This document shows, one piece after another, positions 8,004 to 16,782 of a stretch of DNA of 64,000 bases; the first letter of the stretch is position 1; each line of letters begins with the position of its first letter. The translations under genes were made by a program, and so were the position numbers. Under the pieces are notes generated by a model. That model saw nothing but the letters and a program-made list of their open reading frames with translations. It was not told where the DNA came from and did no database searches. Source of the DNA: a bacterium (GTDB lineage: Bacteria; Babelota; Babeliae; Babelales; UASB340). The stretch is taken from assembly GCA_030629005.1 (NCBI GenBank), contig DAOVPV010000005.1, positions 462 to 64,461 of the forward strand. Direction: 5' to 3'.

Positions 8004-11000
8004 CAGAACATATTTTTTTGCTTTTTCAACAGATTCCTTAACTTTAGCACCAAGCTCTCCTTGGACCTCTGGACTAAGCTCATTAAACTTCAAAATAATT
8101 TCTCGAGCAAGTCTCAATTTTTCGGCCTTCATCATGCTATCAACTCTTTCTTTGTAATTAATGTCATGTTTAATAAATAAATTCAAAAAATCATCTAATA
8201 TTAACAAGCTATCCAAGCCTTTAAAATTATCAGTCTCTAAAATAAGGTTATTGTCCCAACCACAAAGAGATTTAAACACAAGAAGCGAATCCTCCTTAAC
8301 CGACAAGCGAAAAAACAAATCTTCAAACTTATCCTTCAGATCAATATTAAAAACAACAGAGTCTTTTTCTTTTTTTAAAAAAACATTTGTTTCGGGATCT
8401 CCATTCATAAAAACAAGCTTATGCAACAGCAACCAGACAAGCTTGGAAATTGCATCGTACTCTATATCACTGATGATTCTTCTACGAAGCGTGATGATTC
8501 CTCTACGAAGCTTGTAGTTCTCAAAAAAATCAACAATCTCTCTCTCTATATAAAAAACAACTTCTTTTTTTTTGATGCCCAACTGATTCAATAAAAGGTC
8601 CTTCCGACATTCATCTCCCCTGTCACCCCATCCGCACCTTACTTCATCTTTTTCAAACTGTTCAATAGCCCTTTTTGCAGCCGCAGCAGCCTCTACCTTA
8701 TAATCCGAAACGCTAAAAAACTTGTGAAATAGGATTTTTAATAAATATTTATGATAAATCTTTTTAATATCACTTTCTTCGTCAAATCTATCCATTTCTT
8801 TTGTAAGCTGCAATAACTCGTTTTCTATAATTTTATTGTAAGCAGTTACATCTTCGGATTTAATCTTCTCTTTTGCATCATCAATAAAACGCTCTAACTT
8901 GGATACCGAGTATAATTTAACCTTATTAGGATCCTTCTCCAACATATCATTAATCCATGGCTCCATAACCAGTCCAAAAATAAACTTTTTGATATCAGCT
9001 TCAACTTTTTCAAAAACATCGCCAGATGAACTATCCACCCCTCCAAATTTATCCATTAAATACCAAAAAGATTTTGTATACTGATCATTTAAAAACACGG
9101 ACGGTTTTGTCAAAATTCGAGCCTGCACAAGATCAAACAATCGGTTCCTTTTTTCTAGATCTTGATAATCAAATATAGACATAACAGTAAACGCATAATG
9201 CTCGTACCACGGCTTATAATAGTTAAAAATAGAATTAAAATCGACATTTACAGGATTCTCTGAATATTGCTTTAAAAACTCACGTGAATCCAGCCAAGAA
9301 TCTTTATCTATAGTAGAAACTTGTTGAGAAAACCGACCACTGCGTGGTCTAAAATAATTGTCTAAATCTGCCGCCAAACTCCACGGCCCACCGGACTCGT
9401 ACTCATTATTGAACAATGTTTCAATAGAAGGCTTAACCTTTTGATATACAGCCTGAAATCCATACTCTTCATACCAATTCTCAAGCTCAACAGACCTTCC
9501 ACCTTTAACTAAATTAAGCCCCTCAATATCCCAAGGCTTTTTCTTTTCAAAAGCAGTCTTACGTTCTGTACGGCGGTCAATCCACCATGGAAGAGCGCCA
9601 TTTTTGTGAGCCGGAAGTCCATAGACCAAAGTTATTGCAACCAATTCATTTACTTTTTCTTTATTAATCATAAACTGCAATAAAACTTTTTTTGATAAAT
9701 CATCAGAATACTTATTCAAAACTTTAATTGTTTCTTCAAACAACCATGATTTATATTTCATGTCATCCGAGAGGCCATCCCAAGACACAGGCGTCCGAAG
9801 GACCCTCTTCTGCAGATCGGAAGGTAAATTTGTTATATCTTGTACGGGAATGGGAATACTTTCAGATATATAAAATTCGTTGTTAGATAAACCCTCTCGC
9901 GCATCTTCTGGAACTTTACCCGCACCAATTTTAATTAGCAAGTCAAAAATTGAATTCAAAATATAATAAACACTCGTTTTAGCATCACCACGAATAAGAT
10001 AATCTGCATAAGTACATTCATCCGCCTTTAAATAATGCATTCCACCAAATAATGACAAATTAAAAGACATCAAATTATTACAACCTATAACACTAAGATC
10101 CCTCTTGAACGGCGAAGTCTTATCAACATTTTTTAGATTGCAAAGCATCAATTCCGTTTCAAAACTTTCATTAATCATATTTTCATTATAAAAATCATAT
10201 ATAGATTTATGCTCATCAGAAAACTCTGTTCCTTCGCCTTTAGAAGCAACAAGTCTTGGAATAAATCCAATATCACCAAAAATATTTAACCAAGAATAAA
10301 GTTCTTTAGCAATAAGCATCATTATGTAATATTTAAGAGTCGTTCCATGATAAAAAGGGATAAAATTCTTAGAAAGCGTTTTTTCGTTCTTTACTACCTG
10401 TGTTACCAATGAAGTAAGACTTGCACCTTTAAGCTCATTGAGATTTTCACCAAAAACGTCCCTCCCATCTATAGGCTCCAGAGCCTTGAATCCGGGTATG
10501 TTTGGATCCAATCCATTGTAGAAAAGACCATACCCAAAGCGAGTACTTATGTATTCAAAAAACACCGCGTTGACCATACTCAAATTACTTCGAGACCCCA
10601 TAACACCAAAGGGAGAATCTTTCCATAACTCTTTTTTCTCAAACCGATCACGAAGCAATTCAGGCATTAATATTCCAGAACGTTCAGGAAGGTTCCACTT
10701 TTGTATAGTTTTTTTTAAACAAAACGCGTTCCGCTTCCGGGATACCTCTCTATCAAACTTCTCTCCGGCAGTTTCTCTATTTTTAAGCTTAGTAATAATA
10801 TCATTTATAAAATCTACAAACTCTTTAAATGTATCTCTTACCCTATCCGAAGGTAAAAAATACAAAACCCAAGCAGGTGCAGCGCCCCCCTGACCTTCAG
10901 TAGTCTCAACATTAAGAAACGGAGATACACGCCATTTTTCATTGTTAATTTTTTCATTCAACAACTTCCTAACAACATCAAAGTTAGACTCTTTACCATT

Positions 11001-11603
11001 CCTTACCGCATTTAAATAATTTTCTGTAACACTTACATCTTCATCACCCTCTTCTGAAGGTTCAGTTTTTATGTACCGTTTCAATTCTTTTAAAAGTTTC
11101 ATTCTCGTAAAAAGGCGGTCTCGATCGGACTTTGGACTACGCTCTCTTTCTCGTTCTAACCAAGCTTCAACTAAAATTTCCTCAGAGCCAGGTACAACAT
11201 CAGCTTTAACAGGCGTTGATTCTTCTTTAATTTCCTCTATAGCATTATTTAAAACTTTTACGCTCTTATAAACACCATCGGGTAGTTTTGTTTCACCAAC
11301 AGTAACATTTTCTGTAATAATCACAGAACAAGGAGGCATTTTAATATTACCAAGTGGTAATTTTTTTATATTAACATTTTGTAGTTTTAGAATCCGACCA
11401 CTTGCTTCAAAAAAAGCTTCTAAATTAAGGCTTTCTTGAAAGGGGGTCTTTTCAATTACTAGCCTTTTTTTAACTTCAGATGTTCCAGCAAAAGAAACAA
11501 ATGGTTCATCCTCAGCGCTCATCGTTTTACAGATAAAAATTAATAAGTAAATACTAGAAAATAATATTACTAAAAGCTTCTTTGAGCTATCAATTTTAAT
11601 CAT
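7980..11603 (-). CDS. Very large leader-bearing protein of unknown function
   Basis: 1207-aa uninterrupted ORF; N-terminal hydrophobic leader ('LLVILFSSIYLLIFICKTMSA'); AGGA RBS; no catalytic motif I can recognise. Confidence 0.8.
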   Translation of the reverse strand: MIKIDSSKKLLVILFSSIYLLIFICKTMSAEDEPFVSFAGTSEVKKRLVIEKTPFQESLNLEAFFEASGRILKLQNVNIKKLPLGNIKMPPCSVIITENVTVGETKLPDGVYKSVKVLNNAIEEIKEESTPVKADVVPGSEEILVEAWLERERERSPKSDRDRLFTRMKLLKELKRYIKTEPSEEGDEDVSVTENYLNAVRNGKESNFDVVRKLLNEKINNEKWRVSPFLNVETTEGQGGAAPAWVLYFLPSDRVRDTFKEFVDFINDIITKLKNRETAGEKFDREVSRKRNAFCLKKTIQKWNLPERSGILMPELLRDRFEKKELWKDSPFGVMGSRSNLSMVNAVFFEYISTRFGYGLFYNGLDPNIPGFKALEPIDGRDVFGENLNELKGASLTSLVTQVVKNEKTLSKNFIPFYHGTTLKYYIMMLIAKELYSWLNIFGDIGFIPRLVASKGEGTEFSDEHKSIYDFYNENMINESFETELMLCNLKNVDKTSPFKRDLSVIGCNNLMSFNLSLFGGMHYLKADECTYADYLIRGDAKTSVYYILNSIFDLLIKIGAGKVPEDAREGLSNNEFYISESIPIPVQDITNLPSDLQKRVLRTPVSWDGLSDDMKYKSWLFEETIKVLNKYSDDLSKKVLLQFMINKEKVNELVAITLVYGLPAHKNGALPWWIDRRTERKTAFEKKKPWDIEGLNLVKGGRSVELENWYEEYGFQAVYQKVKPSIETLFNNEYESGGPWSLAADLDNYFRPRSGRFSQQVSTIDKDSWLDSREFLKQYSENPVNVDFNSIFNYYKPWYEHYAFTVMSIFDYQDLEKRNRLFDLVQARILTKPSVFLNDQYTKSFWYLMDKFGGVDSSSGDVFEKVEADIKKFIFGLVMEPWINDMLEKDPNKVKLYSVSKLERFIDDAKEKIKSEDVTAYNKIIENELLQLTKEMDRFDEESDIKKIYHKYLLKILFHKFFSVSDYKVEAAAAAKRAIEQFEKDEVRCGWGDRGDECRKDLLLNQLGIKKKEVVFYIEREIVDFFENYKLRRGIITLRRRIISDIEYDAISKLVWLLLHKLVFMNGDPETNVFLKKEKDSVVFNIDLKDKFEDLFFRLSVKEDSLLVFKSLCGWDNNLILETDNFKGLDSLLILDDFLNLFIKHDINYKERVDSMMKAEKLRLAREIILKFNELSPEVQGELGAKVKESVEKAKKYVLKKKALKN

Positions 11604-11716
11604 AATAATCCTTAAACTTTATTTTTTATATTTTATTATCATGAATAATAAATATTTTGCTTTTAATGCAATAAAAATTTAACTTTCGTTGATTATTAAA
11701 CTCAAAAAGACATTTT

Positions 11717-11816
11717 TTATAATTTTGAAACTACAAAAAATTCACCGGCCAAAGTATCCCAAGAAACAAAAACCGTATTTTCATCTATCCACTTGTCGTC
11801 AATTAAATGAATACAA
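11717..11816 (-). pseudogene. 3' gene fragment duplicating the C-terminus of ORF 16776-17768
   Basis: Minus-strand translation 'LIDDKWIDENTVFVSWDTLAGEFFVVSKL*' versus 'LIDDKWIDENTVFVSWDSWNGKYSVVKFINYL*'; 11765-11813 and 16823-16871 share a 37-nt exact run. Confidence 0.8.
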
Positions 11817-12089
11817 AAAATAATTAACCAATAATTCATTTAAACCATTGATAATATCCTCAACTCAAGTATAAAATTTCCACTGTTTTATTAATTCATC
11901 GAACAAAACCTAATTTTTTTCTCAAAAAAACAACTTGGAATAAAAAACGCGCTTCTTACAAAAAGAATAACTCCTCAAATAATAAAAAGAAATCTTTTCT
12001 AATTGTCAAAAACACTGTGCCATTTGCATAAAACTACTAAAGTTTTAAACTAATAATATAAAATGGTTTTAAAAATAATGGAGGTCAAA

Positions 12090-12662
12090 ATGAATAAATT
12101 TAAAAATTTATTACTATTATCACTAATAATATCAAATACAGCTTTAACAAACATAACAATTACCCAAGAAAAGGCTCCCTTAATCTCATCAGACAAAACA
12201 ACCAGTTCAAAAGAAATTAATCAAAAACTTGCAAAAATTGTAACGATAATGCAAGCAAAACAAAAAACAACTCAAACAAAACCAACAAAAAGCACTGCAA
12301 CAAAAACTAAAGAAATATCAATTAATACCCTGAAAAAAATCGTAACAGTAATATCATATACTTACAACAATTCAGGAAAACTATTATCTAAAAATACACT
12401 TGTAACAGTAGGTATTATTGCATGGCCATATTTTAAAATGAATCCAGAAGCTTTAGTTAAAATCTCAGAGACAGGAAGCGGCTTTGTTGTTACATTAAAT
12501 GGACTTATTGCGGAAGGAATATTAAAAGGTATGGTTAATAATTTTGAAGCGACAACAAAAATTATTACATTATTAACAGTAAAAGAAACTGGTTCTGCTT
12601 TAGCACAAGGATTTGGAAAACTTGTAGTAGAGGCTCTACTAGGATGGGCAATCAAAAAATAA
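12090..12662 (+). CDS. Leader-bearing Thr/Lys-rich protein, unknown function
   Basis: GGAGG 6 nt upstream of the ATG at 12090 (ORF track begins at 12063); hydrophobic leader, low-complexity 'KQKTTQTKPTKSTATKTK' linker, hydrophobic C-terminal half. Confidence 0.55.
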   Translation: MNKFKNLLLLSLIISNTALTNITITQEKAPLISSDKTTSSKEINQKLAKIVTIMQAKQKTTQTKPTKSTATKTKEISINTLKKIVTVISYTYNNSGKLLSKNTLVTVGIIAWPYFKMNPEALVKISETGSGFVVTLNGLIAEGILKGMVNNFEATTKIITLLTVKETGSALAQGFGKLVVEALLGWAIKK

Positions 12663-12724
12663 TTGCCATTTACAACATATTTTGCTATTAATACAACAAT
12701 ATTAAGCAATAAAGGAATAATCTT

Positions 12725-13258
12725 ATGGCAAAATACTTCGTACTAATAGCATTTTATTTTTTAATTTTTTCAACATTAAACTTATTTGGACTTAGTCGCG
12801 CCAAATATCATCTAGAATGCAAAATAGAAGAACGTGAAAAATCTGGTGGATACGGCCATATACATTTAAAATATAAAAATTTTTCTGGAGAGAATTTGGC
12901 TTATATGGATTTAAACGACATAAGTTTTTATCAAGTTGATTTGCATAAAGCGAACCTAAGTAATGCTCATATATACTACTGCAATTTTAAAAAAGCTAAC
13001 TTAAATGAGGCAAATTTTTCTTATACTAAATTTTTCTTTCTTTATAACCTAGATCAAGTAAAAAGCGTAAAAGGTGCTGATTTTTATAAAGCACGCGGTC
13101 TTAGAAACAAACATAAAGATTTTTTAAGAAAACATGGTGCAATAAATGTTCCCGAAAATACAACCATTCAAGAAGATTGTATAAACAAAATGAAAGAATT
13201 ATTATTATTTGGCGGAATTGTCTACGGATTCTACAAGTTAGTAATAGCAACACATTAA
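12725..13258 (+). CDS. Pentapeptide-repeat protein with N-terminal leader and C-terminal TM anchor
   Basis: 177 aa; 'ENLAYMDLNDISFYQVDLHKANLSNAHIYYCNFKKANLNEANFSYTKF' fits A(D/N)LxX repeats. Confidence 0.7.
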   Translation: MAKYFVLIAFYFLIFSTLNLFGLSRAKYHLECKIEEREKSGGYGHIHLKYKNFSGENLAYMDLNDISFYQVDLHKANLSNAHIYYCNFKKANLNEANFSYTKFFFLYNLDQVKSVKGADFYKARGLRNKHKDFLRKHGAINVPENTTIQEDCINKMKELLLFGGIVYGFYKLVIATH

Positions 13259-13296
13259 AAAAGATAAAACTTTTCTATAGATAATTTTTATCAACG

Positions 13297-13740
13297 TTAA
13301 TTATCAACTTCAATACTTAAATTCTCTTCATCCTTAATTAAAATTTTTGCTAATAAAACTTGATCCTCTTCACTTAGTTCATCCTTTAAAAGGATATCAT
13401 TAAGATAGATAGGAACACCATCAACGTAAATTGGTTCTTTTAATTTTTTCATTGTATATTTTTCATAAACATACAAAGCAACACGCATAAAAATCAATGT
13501 CACTAAAGATCCAACAAAGAAAAAGTTAACCCCCCTATCAAATATTTTACATGCCCTATTAAAAGAATCGTTCCTCATTTGCCATTTAAAAGCCCTAATA
13601 TCATCATCTGTTAAGCCTCTAGTAAAAGACTCTGTCCCACGAATTGACACTCTTCTCTGTTTTGAATAAGAGGCATTAATAACAAAAAAACATAATATAA
13701 ATGTACTTAATAAAAAACGTAAACTCTTTATAGAAACCAT
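13297..13740 (-). CDS. Small leader-bearing membrane protein; its leader resembles that of the upstream Hint protein
   Basis: 147 aa; 'MVSIKSLRFLLSTFILCFFVINAS' compared with 'MVSTKDLCFFILLSLLCVVNLDA' of ORF 15221-16663; one internal TM helix. Confidence 0.55.
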   Translation of the reverse strand: MVSIKSLRFLLSTFILCFFVINASYSKQRRVSIRGTESFTRGLTDDDIRAFKWQMRNDSFNRACKIFDRGVNFFFVGSLVTLIFMRVALYVYEKYTMKKLKEPIYVDGVPIYLNDILLKDELSEEDQVLLAKILIKDEENLSIEVDN

Positions 13741-13773
13741 AAATAAAACCTATAACATTAAAAAAACATTTCT

Positions 13774-14181
13774 CTAAATCAATTTTACAACTTTAGGATC
13801 ATCATCAGATATAACATCCAAAACAAATTCACTACAAATAAAGCAATAATGCGTTGGCTCAAGATTATCTGACCAACCATAGGATTGCGCACTAAGAAAT
13901 GATATATAATTTGAATCTAATACTTTAAAAAACGTCCAGTCACCGTAAAATCCTTTTCCATAACAATCGTGAAGATCAACAGCTAGCTTTTGTGCAAAGC
14001 TTTCATCTGTGGACTTATATGATAATACATTTGAATCAAATAAAATCTGGACTTTATTATCATTTTCCTTAGGACCAGATAAAATAATCTTTAAACCATC
14101 AAAATTATCTTCTATTGACTCAATGTAATACTTACCACCTAAATTCTTAATAGGTTCCCATTTAATAAATTTTTCTTTCAT
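13774..14181 (-). CDS. Small acidic cytoplasmic protein; candidate immunity protein for the upstream Hint-toxin
   Basis: 135 aa, no leader or TM; starts 17 nt downstream of the toxin-like gene on the same strand. Confidence 0.45.
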   Translation of the reverse strand: MKEKFIKWEPIKNLGGKYYIESIEDNFDGLKIILSGPKENDNKVQILFDSNVLSYKSTDESFAQKLAVDLHDCYGKGFYGDWTFFKVLDSNYISFLSAQSYGWSDNLEPTHYCFICSEFVLDVISDDDPKVVKLI

Positions 14182-14198
14182 ATTTTCAACTTTTAAAA

Positions 14199-15224
14199 TT
14201 AATCATTGTATCTAATTTTTAATCTTCTACCATTTTTCTTAATGATTTCTAGTGTAACTCTCTCATCATTACTTTTTGTTCTTACATCAACCTTCCGTCC
14301 ATCTGGAAGTTTACCAGCTTTACCATTAGGAATGGTATGCACATCTGTAACTCCAAGTTTATCAAAATCCTTTTGAGCTTGATCCCATCCTCCATTCTTT
14401 TCTTTTTGAGTTGTTTTTCCTTTAGTTTTATTACCAGGCGTTGCATCTTTTAAAACATCCTTAATTTTATTATCGGCTTCTTCCCTTTTCCTTATCCTTT
14501 CACGCTTTCTCCCCCGCCGTGCTTTTCTAAAACCACTACTAAAAGGAGTTTGTTTTATTATATCCTCTAACTCTTTTACAATTCCAGTTGAACCAGGAAA
14601 GATCAATTCGGTAATAACAACAGCTCCAACAACAGCACCCACCTTAAGTGCTTCTACAATAATTGGAGCCTCAACTAAGGCATACAAACAAACTGACATT
14701 GTCGCAGTAGCGGCAAAATTATGGACCAAAATAGGATCACCACGAGAATTTAAAATAAAAAAGATATTTGCACCATCAATAGAAATATCATATATATCAA
14801 CAGGCTCCGGTATTTCATAAATATAAACATCCGTTACATAAAATTCATCCAATCCTGGAGAATATAATCTATCACCAATTTTTAAGTCCTTAGCTTCAAC
14901 AAATCTTAAAACCTCTCGATTATATATTTTTTGCTCTAAGCCTACTTTTAAAAAACCAACATTTGTATCAATTCTAACAAGTTTTTTTGTTCTTTTTTTC
15001 TTTATCTTTTTTACAAGAGAAGCATCAACTTCTATTCTATTCTCATAAAAATTATAAATTAAAAGCCCATCTCCTTTTTCTAAATCTTTTACTTTTTTTA
15101 TATCAGGATAATCACTACAATCACTAGTTAAAACAATGGTATCAGCCATTAAGCCAAAAATATTTTTCGGTACAAAAAACAACAGTAATAATAAAATAAA
15201 TTTAAAATATCTTTTTAACATCAA
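14199..15224 (-). CDS. Sec-leader + Hint (intein-like, terminal HN) + hydrophobic segment + basic tract + small C-terminal payload; polymorphic-toxin-like protein B
   Basis: 341 aa; 'MADTIVLTSD...' aligns to the Hint N-terminal block; 'DIYDISIDGANIFFILNSRGDPILVHN' matches intein blocks F/G; then 'FAATATMSVCLYALVEAPIIVEALKVGAVVGAVVI', 'RKARRGRKRERIRKREE' and a ~75-aa tail. Confidence 0.7.
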   Translation of the reverse strand: MMLKRYFKFILLLLLFFVPKNIFGLMADTIVLTSDCSDYPDIKKVKDLEKGDGLLIYNFYENRIEVDASLVKKIKKKRTKKLVRIDTNVGFLKVGLEQKIYNREVLRFVEAKDLKIGDRLYSPGLDEFYVTDVYIYEIPEPVDIYDISIDGANIFFILNSRGDPILVHNFAATATMSVCLYALVEAPIIVEALKVGAVVGAVVITELIFPGSTGIVKELEDIIKQTPFSSGFRKARRGRKRERIRKREEADNKIKDVLKDATPGNKTKGKTTQKEKNGGWDQAQKDFDKLGVTDVHTIPNGKAGKLPDGRKVDVRTKSNDERVTLEIIKKNGRRLKIRYND

Positions 15225-16663
15225 AAATCTCCTTGAAATTCATATCTTGCAACGAAAAGAGGTACAACCGTACCATTTTCATCTCTAACTGGATTACCAT
15301 TTTTATCATGTAAAACATCAATAGCAATATCAGAAATAAGAACAGGATCTTTCCGAGAACTTTTTTTGGCCGAAAACTCTTCTTTTACATCTATACCAGA
15401 AAAATCAATATCTTCATTTTCTTTTAATTCAAAATATTCCACAACCTTCTCAGCTGACAATGAGATTATATTCATTGTTGTTGGTATAACAACTTTATAA
15501 ATAGCACAGCCTTCTCCTATACATCTAATAAATGAAGGAAGTATAAGTTGAAATTTTTCTTCTAAATCTAAATAATCCAAGCGATATTTAATAATATCTT
15601 TAGCCCATTTTAATTTCTCAGAATCCAAGCCCGTACATAGTACTGTTGGAATAAATTGCTTTAATTCATCTTTATTCATGTTACTAATACCCTCATAAAA
15701 AATTTTTGAATTGAACTCAAGGCCATCAGCGTCACCAAAAACCTTATTCAAATGGGACACTTGCCGAATCCCCCCTTCCATTAAACTCTTAAAATTATCC
15801 TCATTCAAAGAAACATGGAAACCTTTTTTCATTTGACCTCTCGATAAAATCTTTTTATACACCGTTTTTACAACAGGTCTTAAATAAATATAACCAGCAG
15901 CTGCTCCACCACCAATAATACCTCCAACAATAGCACCACTCAAAATAGCTTTAGCAGATATCTTTCCCCTTGTATGATTTACAACAGCTTTTATTCCTAC
16001 AATCGCGCCAACACCTGCGCAAATGCCAATAGTCCACAATATAGTAGATGTTGCTATAATGTTATGTGTTAATAAAGAATTCCCAGAAGAATCGACAACA
16101 AAAAAAGTATGTGGCCAAGTTAAAGAAAGATCATATGAATCTATCGATTCTTCTAGCTCAATAGTTTTTACCTTTATTACAGTAACAACATCATTATTTA
16201 AACCGAGAAGTTTATCTCCCTTTTTTAAATCCTTTGCCTTCACCCAAATAACACGTAATAATATTTCCAAAAACTCTCGATTTTTCTCCTTAACATGTTT
16301 TAATAATTTAGGTTTCAACTCTGCAAGAGCATTCCATCTATAAAATCTTTGTTTTTTTCCAATATATAAATAACCTCTTCTACCAGAGGAAGAAACTAAT
16401 TCCAATTTAGTAACTCTATTAACATAAGATGGCATTAATTTTTTTTGAACAACTCTTGCTCTATCTAAAACGCATTGTAAATTATTATCATTATAATTAT
16501 CATTTACAGATAAAAGACTATCTCCAAATTCTAAAGCCTCAACATTAGAAAATGTATAACTACCTGTTCTAACAAGCGTATCTGGCAATAAATTTGCATC
16601 TAAATTAACAACACAAAGAAGACTTAGTAAGATAAAAAAACATAAATCTTTTGTAGAAACCAT
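15221..16663 (-). CDS. Sec-leader + Hint (terminal HN) + Gly-rich TM helices + unrelated ~215-aa C-terminal domain; polymorphic-toxin-like protein A
   Basis: 480 aa; 'LLPDTLVRTGS', 'VKAKDLKKGDKLL' and 'DSYDLSLTWPHTFFVVDSSGNSLLTHN' parallel protein B; C-terminus shows no similarity to B; ATGA overlap with B. Confidence 0.7.
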   Translation of the reverse strand: MVSTKDLCFFILLSLLCVVNLDANLLPDTLVRTGSYTFSNVEALEFGDSLLSVNDNYNDNNLQCVLDRARVVQKKLMPSYVNRVTKLELVSSSGRRGYLYIGKKQRFYRWNALAELKPKLLKHVKEKNREFLEILLRVIWVKAKDLKKGDKLLGLNNDVVTVIKVKTIELEESIDSYDLSLTWPHTFFVVDSSGNSLLTHNIIATSTILWTIGICAGVGAIVGIKAVVNHTRGKISAKAILSGAIVGGIIGGGAAAGYIYLRPVVKTVYKKILSRGQMKKGFHVSLNEDNFKSLMEGGIRQVSHLNKVFGDADGLEFNSKIFYEGISNMNKDELKQFIPTVLCTGLDSEKLKWAKDIIKYRLDYLDLEEKFQLILPSFIRCIGEGCAIYKVVIPTTMNIISLSAEKVVEYFELKENEDIDFSGIDVKEEFSAKKSSRKDPVLISDIAIDVLHDKNGNPVRDENGTVVPLFVARYEFQGDF

Positions 16664-16760
16664 AAGAAACCCTTAATTTAAAATAAAACATAGAAAGTAA
16701 TCTTATAGATAAAAAAGAAGATGTAAAGAAAAACATAATAGAAATCGAAACAAACTCGAA

Positions 16761-16782
16761 AGAAACATTTAATGTTTATAAA
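16761..16782. repeat. Second copy of the 22-nt repeat found at 1-22; overlaps the stop codon of ORF 16776-17768
   Basis: Exact identity to 1-22; belongs to the dispersed (C)GRAAGAAACAYTTAATGTT motif family. Confidence 0.9.

Noticed and set aside
14199-16663. Whether the Hint-containing ORFs are true inteins interrupting a host protein.
   Set aside because: There is no recognisable split host protein (extein) on either side, the Hint part follows the signal peptide directly, the position-1 Cys/Ser is absent, and the +1 residue after HN is I or F. Protein splicing is therefore not expected.
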